From positions 32,001 through 96,000 of the IMG/VR virus record IMGVR_UViG_2706795801_000001: a DNA stretch of 64,000 nt; one strand, given 5' to 3'. The stretch is from a virus. Its lineage: Duplodnaviria > Caudoviricetes. The notes under the pieces were generated by a model. It made no database searches, was not told where the DNA came from, and saw only the letters and a list, made by a program, of their open reading frames with translations. The first letter of the stretch is position 1, and every line of letters begins with the position of its first letter. Positions 50,173 through 60,800 of the stretch are shown one piece after another. A program made the translations under genes and the position numbers.

Positions 50173-51864
50173 TTATTCCTCCTCAATTATACAATTCATT
50201 TCACTACCTTCACCAACTACTTCTATGAACGCTTTAGTCATTACATCAACAACAACTTGTTTATCATAATCCCTACATATCATAGCATCATGGATGGGTA
50301 TACATGGTATTTCTTGTTTGGTCAACACATCAAGACACTTCATAATAATACACGAATCCATATATTGCAACTTATTTCCAATACCAACACCCAAGTATTT
50401 AGCTATCATGTGATTGTGTGCGATAATTTCCGTGGCTATCTTATGTAAGTCTAATGGAGGTAAGCCAATATACTTCATTGTCCGTTCTCTACGTGTCCCT
50501 CGTTTTAGTTGATCTTTATGTAACTCCTCATAACATGACCCAACAGCTTTATTGACACTATCAGCATTAATCAAACATAGGAACAATTTCTTTACTATAT
50601 TCCTAACAGGGTTATATTTATCGCCATTCAGCCCATAATATTTAATGAACCTGTTTATCTTCTTCTGATTAACCTTAATACTTGGTAGTTTAGGGTATGG
50701 ATCATGTTCAGCCATAGGGATACCTTCCCAGTATAATAAGATAGCTGGATGGATAGCCTTGAAGTCTAATGATAGTGTCTCAGTATTATCCAACTTAATC
50801 TTAGCCCTAACACCTTTTGGTTTGCCTTGGACAGATCCGTCATCAAACAACCTACCACACACATCCCCGATTATGTTAAGTATCCGTTGTAACCATATCT
50901 CAGCTAGTTTGAAGTCATCTATGGTTTTATCTACCTTATTATTCATGAAGAAGTGGTAGTTGTTTAGTATATGTTCACCTTCTATAACGAGTTGTTTAAG
51001 GTTATCATCAAGCTTACTGAAATCTATCATATCAATAATAGTTTGCTTCTTAGTTGCACCTTTAGTTACACTGTTAACAATTACTACATTCTTTGGTGTA
51101 GTGGTAAAGGTTACTGAATTACTGTTGTATACATTTAATAGTGGGATTAGATCGGGGTTGATAACCATCATACTCATAGGTCTTTCACCATACATCGTAT
51201 TTCCTATATAATTCAGAATAAGACCTTTCTTGGTTAGCATTTCAACCAGACGTATTACTATGTCATAGGAGTAGTTCTTATTATTAACTTTGAATGTATT
51301 ACTGAAGCTTCTATCTCTAGTGTAAAGTAGACCTAAACACCCACTAGAAACACATCGGTTAAGATACAAGATAAACCATTCACATATACCAAGATACTTA
51401 TCAACATTAATCCTGTTCATACCACACTCAACTTTAGAGTATTCAACAAACATATTATATAAAAGAGTAATAGACTCACTAAATTCAACACCAACAGAAT
51501 TTATACTATAATCAGGTTTACACCTAACACTTCCATGATCATATATGTAGTTTAAAACATCAGAATTCACATACCATTCATATACATAACTAGATAAATT
51601 ACCCTCTAAACAACTATCCAAACCTAGCATCTTCATCCAATACACAATACTATTATCATTCATAATACATTCACCCCTGTATAGAGCTTTAAGGAATGTC
51701 TTTTTACTACCCTTAATAATACTAAGCAAAGGTAACTCCAACTCATTGATTTCTTTACTTTTAACACCACCACGGCTAGGTTTAATTTCGAAGATAAATC
51801 CAGACTTTTTAGTCGATTTTACCTTACTTTTTGTCCCCTTTTTGTCCCCTACTTTCTTCACCAT
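50173..51864 (-). CDS. Family-A (Pol I / T7-RNAP fold) polymerase-like protein
   Basis: GRLF, motif A LDFKAIHP, motif B RNIVKKLFLCLIN, LQYMDS, motif C PIHDAMI; no recognisable exonuclease motifs. Confidence 0.65.
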   Translation of the reverse strand: MVKKVGDKKGTKSKVKSTKKSGFIFEIKPSRGGVKSKEINELELPLLSIIKGSKKTFLKALYRGECIMNDNSIVYWMKMLGLDSCLEGNLSSYVYEWYVNSDVLNYIYDHGSVRCKPDYSINSVGVEFSESITLLYNMFVEYSKVECGMNRINVDKYLGICEWFILYLNRCVSSGCLGLLYTRDRSFSNTFKVNNKNYSYDIVIRLVEMLTKKGLILNYIGNTMYGERPMSMMVINPDLIPLLNVYNSNSVTFTTTPKNVVIVNSVTKGATKKQTIIDMIDFSKLDDNLKQLVIEGEHILNNYHFFMNNKVDKTIDDFKLAEIWLQRILNIIGDVCGRLFDDGSVQGKPKGVRAKIKLDNTETLSLDFKAIHPAILLYWEGIPMAEHDPYPKLPSIKVNQKKINRFIKYYGLNGDKYNPVRNIVKKLFLCLINADSVNKAVGSCYEELHKDQLKRGTRRERTMKYIGLPPLDLHKIATEIIAHNHMIAKYLGVGIGNKLQYMDSCIIMKCLDVLTKQEIPCIPIHDAMICRDYDKQVVVDVMTKAFIEVVGEGSEMNCIIEEE

Positions 51865-51997
51865 TTAACTTGCTCTCCGCACTGGTTAAATCACTCAACA
51901 ACATGTCAATAATATCTGATGGATTACCACCACCATTCCTTACTAACCCCATAACATAATCCATATTCTCTTTAGATAAGACTACCCTTAAAGACAT

Positions 51998-52225
51998 TTA
52001 TACATTCTCCTCATCGACATATTTCCACTCAATAAAGTCAACCTCAAACCCCAAGTTGCAGAGACCATCTTCCATCTTTTCAATAGAAACCCTTTTACCA
52101 TCATGCAGTAATATACTATTCAGTTGGCAATGGTTTAATTTAGATAATTTACATATTTCCTTTTGAGTCCATTTATTGGTTTCCATTATAGATTTATACA
52201 CTAAAACTAAATCTTGCTTTAACAT
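51998..52225 (-). CDS. XRE-like HTH protein
   Basis: WTQKEICKLSKLNHCQLNSIL...VSIEKM. Confidence 0.65.
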   Translation of the reverse strand: MLKQDLVLVYKSIMETNKWTQKEICKLSKLNHCQLNSILLHDGKRVSIEKMEDGLCNLGFEVDFIEWKYVDEENV

Positions 52226-52409
52226 TGTATACCTCCTTAAAATATTATAACATTCTACAATTGTAGAAGCAAGTTAAACTTTAATACCAGAATCCTATAC
52301 CAGTTTATAATTTAACACCACAGGGTTGAAAAGCAACCTTATGAGTAATACCAAGGATAATCACTACACATATACCAAAAACCTGTACCACTCAGATAAT
52401 TTAAGAACA

Positions 52410-52820
52410 TTAACCCTTCTTCCCCCAAACGTCATACTTATCCATACCCTTGTCTGACTCTTTCTTAACCACTGCCACATCAGGTTCTTTCAAACCATTA
52501 GCTACTAGATACTCATCAATAATAACTTGGTCATTGTTAGTCTTAACAGAGGATACATAGAAACCAGTCCCAATGATATCAAACATCCACCCAAAGCCAA
52601 ATAAACCAAATGTGAATAGGTATACAACACCAGCTATCATAAAGAATGTACGGTCACTACTCTTACGTGCCACAGCAGCAATATAAAACAGGTGACCACC
52701 ACACCATCCTAAGACTGCCCAAAGTATATAAGCTAATAGAGTATTAGGTGCAGCGTCTTTACATTGTTGACGGATATTCATTTGTACCATTGGATCTAAC
52801 TTAAGTAATTTTGTATTCAT
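52410..52820 (-). CDS. TM2-domain membrane protein
   Basis: AYILWAVLGWCGGHLFY...YLFTFGLFGFGWMFDI. Confidence 0.85.
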   Translation of the reverse strand: MNTKLLKLDPMVQMNIRQQCKDAAPNTLLAYILWAVLGWCGGHLFYIAAVARKSSDRTFFMIAGVVYLFTFGLFGFGWMFDIIGTGFYVSSVKTNNDQVIIDEYLVANGLKEPDVAVVKKESDKGMDKYDVWGKKG

Positions 52821-53008
52821 AATAATTCCCCTTATTTAACTAAAGTTTCAATTTTACCAACAACACCTGCTTTACGTAGGATGTGTCGGAGTTTACGTTT
52901 ATCATGTGATATCACTGTTTCCTCCCATCCCACATAATCAGCTTCATATTGATGAGAGTGACGTTGGTGATGGTAGTAGAGTTCATTTAGTTTAATCATT
53001 GTTTACTC

Positions 53009-53281
53009 CTATCGATTACCTTGTTTAAAGCTCCTGAGAGTTGATTTAAGCCACGTTACTAAAGAATAATCACCAGAATACCAAACTCGTTCTGTGTACT
53101 CACTGTGGCCTCCCCATTTACTTGTTACTGACATATGAGTTGTGATCCTCCCACAACATTTACATTTCCTGTTAGTCCTCATAACATGAGACTTTCGTTT
53201 ATGAACATTATCCACAATCTTGGTGATAACAGTGTCATGTAAACCTAAGAAACATTTTACCTTGTCAAGCTTTGTTACCAT
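53009..53281 (-). CDS. Hypothetical protein (CFLGLH...CKCCG)
   Basis: 90 aa, AAGGAG RBS. Confidence 0.6.
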   Translation of the reverse strand: MVTKLDKVKCFLGLHDTVITKIVDNVHKRKSHVMRTNRKCKCCGRITTHMSVTSKWGGHSEYTERVWYSGDYSLVTWLKSTLRSFKQGNR

Positions 53282-53500
53282 TACAACTCCTTGTTGCTAT
53301 TAAGTAGGTACAATTTATAGCACTAAGATAAATTTGTCAACTATTATTTAATTTAAATTTATACAATTAAACATAGACGTTAATTCATTAAGTAGATAAC
53401 ACTGACACTCAACTATGAGGGCTTTTTCTTGTGTACTACTATTTATTACCTCCACCACAACCTGCTATAATAGAGTACAATAGTAAAACTAGGTATTACA

Positions 53501-54016
53501 ATGCTCAAGGTTAAGTTAAAGAATAACCATATCCCGAATTTAATGAAAAGGTTTAAGTCTCTCCACAAGAAGAAATTTGAGGTGGGGTATTTCCCAGAGA
53601 ATGGAGTACATCCATCAGGTTTGACATTTACAGGGTTGTTTGCAATACAGAGTTTCGGATCAAGATCAGCGAATATACCAGCACGTCCTGTGTTAGATCA
53701 AGAGTTCATGACCTATACACCACTAAACACAAATGCATTACTTAAAAGCCAATTAAAATTATATTTCTCTGGTATCTCAAGTAAAACCCCAGTCATATCA
53801 TCTAACAAATTATTAGCTAATGTTGCAGGTGATTACGTACAGAAAGTCCGAGCAGGTTTTGGTGACACCACAAGGTTGACATCAAATGCACCCTCGACAC
53901 AGGAACAGAAGGCTGCTGACGGGGTTTCACCACCTAATAATCCCCTAGTTTGGACGGGAGTATTAAGAGATAACTTATCCTATTCTATCAATGGGCAGAG
54001 TATAGTTACACCATAA
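53501..54016 (+). CDS. Neck / tail-completion protein
   Basis: EVGYF, IPARPVL, NAPST, PLVWTGVLR; start of tail operon. Confidence 0.8.
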   Translation: MLKVKLKNNHIPNLMKRFKSLHKKKFEVGYFPENGVHPSGLTFTGLFAIQSFGSRSANIPARPVLDQEFMTYTPLNTNALLKSQLKLYFSGISSKTPVISSNKLLANVAGDYVQKVRAGFGDTTRLTSNAPSTQEQKAADGVSPPNNPLVWTGVLRDNLSYSINGQSIVTP

Positions 54017-54085
54017 TAGTAAAGTAGTTGAGTGACGAGTCAATATATGCTAATATAATTTATAACATAAACAAGAGGTATTCAG

Positions 54086-54478
54086 ATGTTCACATTAATT
54101 TCTGATGATGATATGTGGGTTCATACTGTAACAGGAAGTTATGTTGGTCGTCAATGGGTTGACGGAGTACCTGTAGCTACAAAGATTAGTGGTTTATGGG
54201 AACCTTACTACGGTGGGGAGGATGCAATAATCTTACCTAGTGGGGTTAAATCTGAAGACACTATCGTGATCCTAACAGAACATGAACTCCGTACACACAG
54301 TAATCAGAAGGGTTCAGAGCATAAAGCTGATATTATATCATTAGAAGATACTACAATTAATCCTAATGCACAACTCTATGTAATCCATAAAAAAGCTCCT
54401 TGGGTAGCCAATGCAAGCTTTACGTTAATACCCACTCACAATGAGTATCTTGCTGTAAGAAAAGAGAGAACAGTATGA
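54086..54478 (+). CDS. Head-closure / head-tail joining protein
   Basis: GSYVGRQWVDG, LPSG; position. Confidence 0.7.
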   Translation: MFTLISDDDMWVHTVTGSYVGRQWVDGVPVATKISGLWEPYYGGEDAIILPSGVKSEDTIVILTEHELRTHSNQKGSEHKADIISLEDTTINPNAQLYVIHKKAPWVANASFTLIPTHNEYLAVRKERTV

Positions 54479-55149
54479 GTTGGGAATTTAACCACAACAA
54501 AGTGATGTTTGTATTAGCTGAGATTATAGAAGGTATAGTAGGTGATAGTTTAGCTGACCTACCTAACAGTGGTGGAGTCAAGGCTGTATACTTAGCTAAC
54601 TATGGTGGTATTGAACCACCATTACCTCATGTGTTACTGACCTATCAAGGTAGTAATGACAATGATGGTTACAGTATGGCAGAAGGTTTTGTGGATGTCG
54701 AAGTTGATAATCCACTTGATCCTCCTAATAAAATCACTCTGACGACTACTTATGTTGACAGTGTTGTTAATTTTAACATCACACTAACAGCAGAAAGTTT
54801 ACCACCTGTATATAGTCCTACATTCGAGAGAGACAACGGTAATGCTTTTAGTATCCTACGGGATATCAGAAAGGGTTTATTACTTCCAAAAAACAGACGT
54901 AGGTTACATACTGAAGTTTTCACAGCAATAGAACTTATCAACACGATCAAATCTACACCAGACTTAGTAAGTACAGAATACCATGATATTGGTACTATGG
55001 TTATAAAACTAAGTTCAGTTGATAGATCAATTGATTATGACTGCTTTACATTTGACACTTTAGACTGGGTAGGTGAAATCAAGATAGATGAAACAGACCC
55101 AGATCCTATTATACTGACAGGTTCAGTAACCTTTCCACCATTACCATAA
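54475..55149 (+). CDS. Tail terminator / neck protein
   Basis: PPLPH motif; directly upstream of sheath. Confidence 0.65.
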   Translation: MSWEFNHNKVMFVLAEIIEGIVGDSLADLPNSGGVKAVYLANYGGIEPPLPHVLLTYQGSNDNDGYSMAEGFVDVEVDNPLDPPNKITLTTTYVDSVVNFNITLTAESLPPVYSPTFERDNGNAFSILRDIRKGLLLPKNRRRLHTEVFTAIELINTIKSTPDLVSTEYHDIGTMVIKLSSVDRSIDYDCFTFDTLDWVGEIKIDETDPDPIILTGSVTFPPLP

Positions 55150-55166
55150 TAACATAAGAGGCCACA

Positions 55167-56549
55167 ATGCCATACCAACCTTCGGTATCTAGTACTATTA
55201 CTAGAAATACTACTTCAGCAGAGGGTATCAGTTTATCATTTCCGATTTTCTGTGCACCTCATACATATTTTAAAGAACGTACACGTAGTTATGGTTCTTT
55301 TGATGAAGTGAGATCTGATTCTAGTATCCCATCTACCTCATCAACTTACAAGGCGTTACTAACAGCATTCAGCCAAAGTCCAGCACCTTCACGGGTTTAT
55401 GTTGGTCGTCAACAAGCTGATACAACTACAACAACTATTACAATCCCAACAGCTAACCGTTCTTATGGTTATACTATCGCTGCATATGATTCTACTACAG
55501 GTGAGGAGCAAGCACAAGCAGTTATTTCATTTACCTCAGTAGATGCAGTAGCAGCTAATATCAGTACAGGTCTTATTGCAGAAACAGAATTGTCAGCTGT
55601 AGACGCATACCTAACTGCAGTGTTAGCAACAGCTAAAATTGTTATTACACCTGTAGCTGGAACTACTTTAGTAATCACAGGTTATGTAGGTTTAACAGCA
55701 ACACACACAAGCACAGAGACTGCACCAGACCTCTTAGCAGCTATTCAAGACGCTGATAACGATTGGTACTGTATGACTGCTGAGAACCACACAGAGACGT
55801 TCCAACTAGCAATGGCTGCATCAATTGAAGCTACTGGTGGTGGTGACTTCCCTAAGATTTACTGGACATCAACAAGTAACGTTAACACTATTGCTCCTGT
55901 AGTTGACCCAGCAACAGATGTAATTGGTAAATTAAAAGCACTAGGTTATGACCGTACAATCTGTGATTGGAGTCATGTAGCTGATAGTGTTTACCCAGAG
56001 ATTGGTACATTCAGCGGTAACTCTGCATACCAAGCTGGTTCTACTACCTACAAGTTCTTACAGGTTAAAGGTATCCCTGCTGCTGCTAACGTAGTGACTG
56101 GTAACAAACTACCAACTTATATCCAAGGGTATATCAACGATCGTAACGGCGGTTGGATGGGTGAAGAACGTGGTGTTACATTCTATCACGAAGGTAAGAC
56201 TGTTGGTGGAGAGTGGATTGACATAATTTTAGGTGCAGATTGGCTCAACGACCAAATGGAAGTTGCCTTATTAAACCTACAATTAAACAACAAAGGTTCT
56301 AAGATTTCTTACGCTAAACCAGAAGCTGTTATTAGTGTTATCAACTCAGTATTAGACCTAGGTGTTCGTGTAGGCTTCTTAGATGGTTATGTTGGTGCAA
56401 CTATTCCTGATTATCTAACAGAAATTCCATTCGCAGATAAGGCCTCACGTATTCTACGTGATGTTAAATGGACTGGTTATATTGATGGTGCAGTACATAG
56501 CATCTTAGTAAACGGTAACTTAACTTACCAATCAGCCGAATTATCATAA
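55167..56549 (+). CDS. Contractile tail sheath protein (DUF3383-like)
   Basis: AFSQSPAPSRVYVGR, DNDWY, GEWIDIILGADWL, GAVH. Confidence 0.9.
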   Translation: MPYQPSVSSTITRNTTSAEGISLSFPIFCAPHTYFKERTRSYGSFDEVRSDSSIPSTSSTYKALLTAFSQSPAPSRVYVGRQQADTTTTTITIPTANRSYGYTIAAYDSTTGEEQAQAVISFTSVDAVAANISTGLIAETELSAVDAYLTAVLATAKIVITPVAGTTLVITGYVGLTATHTSTETAPDLLAAIQDADNDWYCMTAENHTETFQLAMAASIEATGGGDFPKIYWTSTSNVNTIAPVVDPATDVIGKLKALGYDRTICDWSHVADSVYPEIGTFSGNSAYQAGSTTYKFLQVKGIPAAANVVTGNKLPTYIQGYINDRNGGWMGEERGVTFYHEGKTVGGEWIDIILGADWLNDQMEVALLNLQLNNKGSKISYAKPEAVISVINSVLDLGVRVGFLDGYVGATIPDYLTEIPFADKASRILRDVKWTGYIDGAVHSILVNGNLTYQSAELS

Positions 56550-56565
56550 CAGGAATATATAGTAA

Positions 56566-57036
56566 ATGACTCTTTTATATGAAGCTGCAAGTATTGAAGC
56601 AGCATGGAACGGAATTACATTAGACAGTGGTCGTGTAGGTGATGGAGCATTCTTAGAGTTCACACCAGTTGGTGACTTGAGTGAAATCTCTTGGTCTAGT
56701 AATGGTGAAATGGGAATTTCTAAGTTAGCTCAACAAGGTGCAGTAATTACACTAACGTTGAAGCAAACAGCCCCATTGAACGCTGTATTAGCTCGTATCG
56801 TGAAAGAACAAACTAAGAAAGGTGTAGTTCCAATTATTGCACCATTCCGATGTGTAGATAAGTTTGCCAACTCTGCCCACTTTGTGGCTTTAAACGCAAC
56901 ACTAACTGCACAACCAACACAGTCTTTCGCTAATACAATGGGTGACAAGGTATGGACATGGACATGTGAAACCTACCTACAGACTGACAGTATCACTGAG
57001 ATCACAGAACAACTGCGAGCTTGGTTACAAATCTAA
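56566..57036 (+). CDS. Tail tube protein
   Basis: 156 aa after sheath, ITLTLKQTAP, WTW. Confidence 0.8.
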   Translation: MTLLYEAASIEAAWNGITLDSGRVGDGAFLEFTPVGDLSEISWSSNGEMGISKLAQQGAVITLTLKQTAPLNAVLARIVKEQTKKGVVPIIAPFRCVDKFANSAHFVALNATLTAQPTQSFANTMGDKVWTWTCETYLQTDSITEITEQLRAWLQI

Positions 57037-57115
57037 ACTTTAATTTTACACATAACTGTGGAGGCTATGGCTATGCTATTAGCCTCCATTTTTCTTTTAT
57101 AAGGGGAGAAAATAA

Positions 57116-57646
57116 ATGAGATACACAAGTACATTAATAAGCAAAACAATCAAAGGTGTTGATGGTGTTGAGCGTCTATACAAAGCACGTAAGATATCTG
57201 CAATTTGGGCAAGTAAGGAATGCTTCAAGTTAGCTAAGGTTTTAATACCTGCAGGTGGCGCAGCAGTAGACGCTGTTATGGATAAGAAAGAACGAGATGA
57301 CCTACTATTAGACCCAGTGAGTTCTACATTCGGATCGATGCTATCAATGTTTACTTCTCATGTAGAAGATGAACATTGGGATGACCTGAGTCGTAAGTTA
57401 TTAGGAAGCCTACAGTTAGGTGACAAAGAAATAACAGATTTAGATGACCACTTTGACAACTACCAAGGTGATTACTTTGAAGTATTAATCTGGTTGTTCA
57501 CGGAGAACTTTAAGGATTTTTTCTTCAGCAACGTTATGTTTCGTTCTTTGATAGACAAGATGTTGGCGTTGCTGAGTCCAGAAATGAAAAGTACAATCGA
57601 GAACTTAAAGAAAGATTTACTAAACGAAACCAATATGCAGTCTTAG
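57116..57646 (+). CDS. Tail assembly chaperone (G)
   Basis: Between tube and TMP; DDHF...ENFKDFF. Confidence 0.85.
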   Translation: MRYTSTLISKTIKGVDGVERLYKARKISAIWASKECFKLAKVLIPAGGAAVDAVMDKKERDDLLLDPVSSTFGSMLSMFTSHVEDEHWDDLSRKLLGSLQLGDKEITDLDDHFDNYQGDYFEVLIWLFTENFKDFFFSNVMFRSLIDKMLALLSPEMKSTIENLKKDLLNETNMQS

Positions 57647-57882
57647 ACTACGTAACGTCATCCTCAGATAGAAATGATATGGATGTAGAGGGTTGGTTCT
57701 TCAATGTAGCCAACTCTGAGTTTTGTTGTGATAGTTTAAGTTACATTAGAAATGAAATGACATTGGGTGAATTTTTAGAGTTAGACTTCCAGATTGCATA
57801 TTACAATGATCTTAAACGTGCAGTGGAACTAGACCAGAAAGTTCAAGAAGAGAAAGACAACATGAACAGAGGTAACAGGTAG
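57116..57882 (+). CDS. Tail assembly chaperone GT via -1 frameshift at T TTT TTC (57517-57523)
   Basis: -1 frame is open from the slippery site through track ORF 57679..57882. Confidence 0.8.
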
Positions 57883-57889
57883 AGGTCAT

Positions 57890-60800
57890 ATGTCAGAAGA
57901 AATCACCAAGTATGTAGTGGAGGCAGAATTTGATTCCGCTAAAGCTACAAAAAAGTTGGATGAGTTTAATAAGAAATTAACGTCTTATTCCAAAGCTCAG
58001 AACAACTTTAGAAAGAATAAAATGGGTATGCAGAGGGTTCTAGATAATACCAGAAAGCATAAGATGCTAACGGATGTTGTTAAGACGCCTCAGATAGCTA
58101 AATTGAAACCTCCAACATCACCAGTTAATAGATTAGAAACACTATCAGGTAAAGAGAAGGTACTACCTAACCTATATAAGTATAGTGAGGCTTCTTTAAA
58201 ACGACAAAGTGAATACTTAGATAAGATTAAAGATAAGAAGGTGAAACTATCTTATGTTAATAATCTAAATAAACAAGAGCGAAAGGTCAAGTTAGATAAC
58301 AAAATCCCCTCAAGACAGAAGGTAGCTGTTAGTGTCAAAACTAAAACCCCTACCAAACGTTTAGAGTCTAAGACTTCCAAAGTAAAACCTGTACCAACCT
58401 TAGACAGAAAAATAAGGATACTTAGTAAGGTAAAAGATAGTAGGGTTAACGAGAAAGACCAACCCAAACCTAGTAGATTACAAACACTAAAATCTAAAGA
58501 GAAACTATACCCAAACCTATATAAGTATAGTGAAGATTCTCTTAAGCGGCAAAGTGAATACCTAGCTAAGTTAAAAGATAAGAAGGTTAAATTAGATTTC
58601 ATCGACAATCTTGACAAGGTAAAGAAGAGATTAAAATCCTTAAATAGACAAAAGACTAGGGAAGTGCCTGATAAGATTAGTAAAGTAGTGGGTTCAGATA
58701 AGAAACCTTTACAGAAAATCAATACTATCAAGGAAAAGGTGGTCAAAGTAGGTAAATCCCCTAAACAGCCTATGCTAAATGCCCATCACAAGGAACGTGA
58801 GAAGTATTTAAATAAAGAGTACAAGAACAAGGTTAACAGGGAAAGGAGTTTAAAGTCTGCACACATCTTGGCTATCAAAGAAAACATTAAGTTTGATAGG
58901 AAAGCAGCAGAAGCTAAACGAAGCGAAGCAAGTAAACCAGATGGTATGGATACTCATCTTAAACAACGTGAGAAGTATTTAGATAAACAATACAAGAAAC
59001 AGTTAAGTCGAACTAAAGAGTTAAAAGCGGCACATGTAGCTGCTATTAAACAGAATATTAAGTTTGACAGACAACGGAAGATGGCTGCTGCTAAGGTTAA
59101 ACAACCTGCTATTATGAAACCTGCTGATGCTCATGTGAAAGCTAGAGAGGCTAGTATAGTTCAAGCTAATAGAAAGGAAACTCGTAGGAAGTCTAATCTA
59201 GGAGTCGCCAAAACATCATTTGATAGGTCTGACTTAAACCTAACTCAATATACTGACGCAAGACAACTTGCAGCACAAGCAGCACTGAGGGAGTCTATAG
59301 CGCAAGCTAAGACTGCTGATGAAGTCAAGATGATAGTTGCAACAGAACATAAACGCCTAAGAGTAATGAAGCAGAATGAGCGCTCTATGGGTAAGCAGAA
59401 CTACCTGATGCAACGTATGAACGCATCCAGTAAACAGTTTACAAGTAACATGTTCTCTGCATTCGCCATAGCTGGTGCTGGTGCTGGTATTACTAGAATA
59501 GGACAAGACTTCGAAGCAGTAAATAACACCATGTTGGCAGTAAGTACTAATACGCAAGAAGCAGGATCTAACTTTAAGTTTGTTAGAGATGAAGCTTATA
59601 GGTTAGGACTAGGACTTGCAAACAGTGGTAAGAACTTTGCTAAGATGTTATCTGCCAGAGGTAATATGAGCCTAGAGGATACAAAGAAAGCCTTCACAGG
59701 TATTTCAGAAATGTCTACATTGTTGGGGTTAAGTGCAGAAGAAAGTACAAGAGCTAAAGTTTGTGGCTCCTTTTAATAGTAATGTTAAATGTAAAATCTT
59801 TTTAATTGCTGGGACACCCACTTTATGGTGGACAATCAGCAGGGACGTTAACGTAAGTTAACACCTTCAGAGACTAACCCGTTAGGGTGTAGATTCTACT
59901 TAGAATCGAAAATAAGAAATCCTTTTAGGATTAAGATATAGTCCACAGACAAACGCTTTACAACAAATAAATCATTGTTTGGCTTCATAGAAATGTGATG
60001 AATAATTAAATTTATGAATTCGGTGGATCTCCTAAATGGAAGTAGGACAATACCGAGCGAAGCCTCGAAAGAGGAACGTGTAAAGACTAACTCGTAAGAG
60101 TGTAGGGGACGATACTATATCCTCGAAGCGTAAATAACCTGAACATTAAGTTGAAGGTTAAGATATAGTCTGAACTTCTATAGTAATATAGAGCGTATAA
60201 TACGGAGTAAGTCATTGATTTACTTAACAATTTTGGATGAGTAAAGGAGTTGTATCGGCTAAATCCTTGGCCTTTTAACTAGCGATAGTTATCAATAATT
60301 CATTTAATTGCTGGAACCTCTCATATGAGACAATCAGCAGGGAAGACTACTCGTAGTAACCTCCAACGACCAACCGTTATCGGTGTAGATTCTAAGTAGA
60401 GTCGAAACAGTGAAAACCTCTAAGGAGGTTATGATATGGTCTAGCCCTATAGTGATATAGGTTATATCTAAAGACTTTGATATAGTGACTCTTAACGTAA
60501 GTCATTGATTTAACTAGAGGAATTAAAGCTTCAAATGGGTAAACTTTGCCCAGTATAAAATTATTTAATTGCGAGAAGCCTTAATGCTTGTGACAGATGA
60601 TGTATTTATGGTATCATTGTTGCAGGTGAGATGGTAATTCGCAGGGAAGACCCACCACCTCAAAAGAGGAGTGTGTTGATATTATGAAAGCTATAGAAGA
60701 ATTTCCAAATTACTTTATTGATGAAAGCGGTAATGTGTTTAATAGTAGAGGGGTTCCAATTAAATCCCAATTAAATATAGATGGTTATAGGGTAGTAAAC

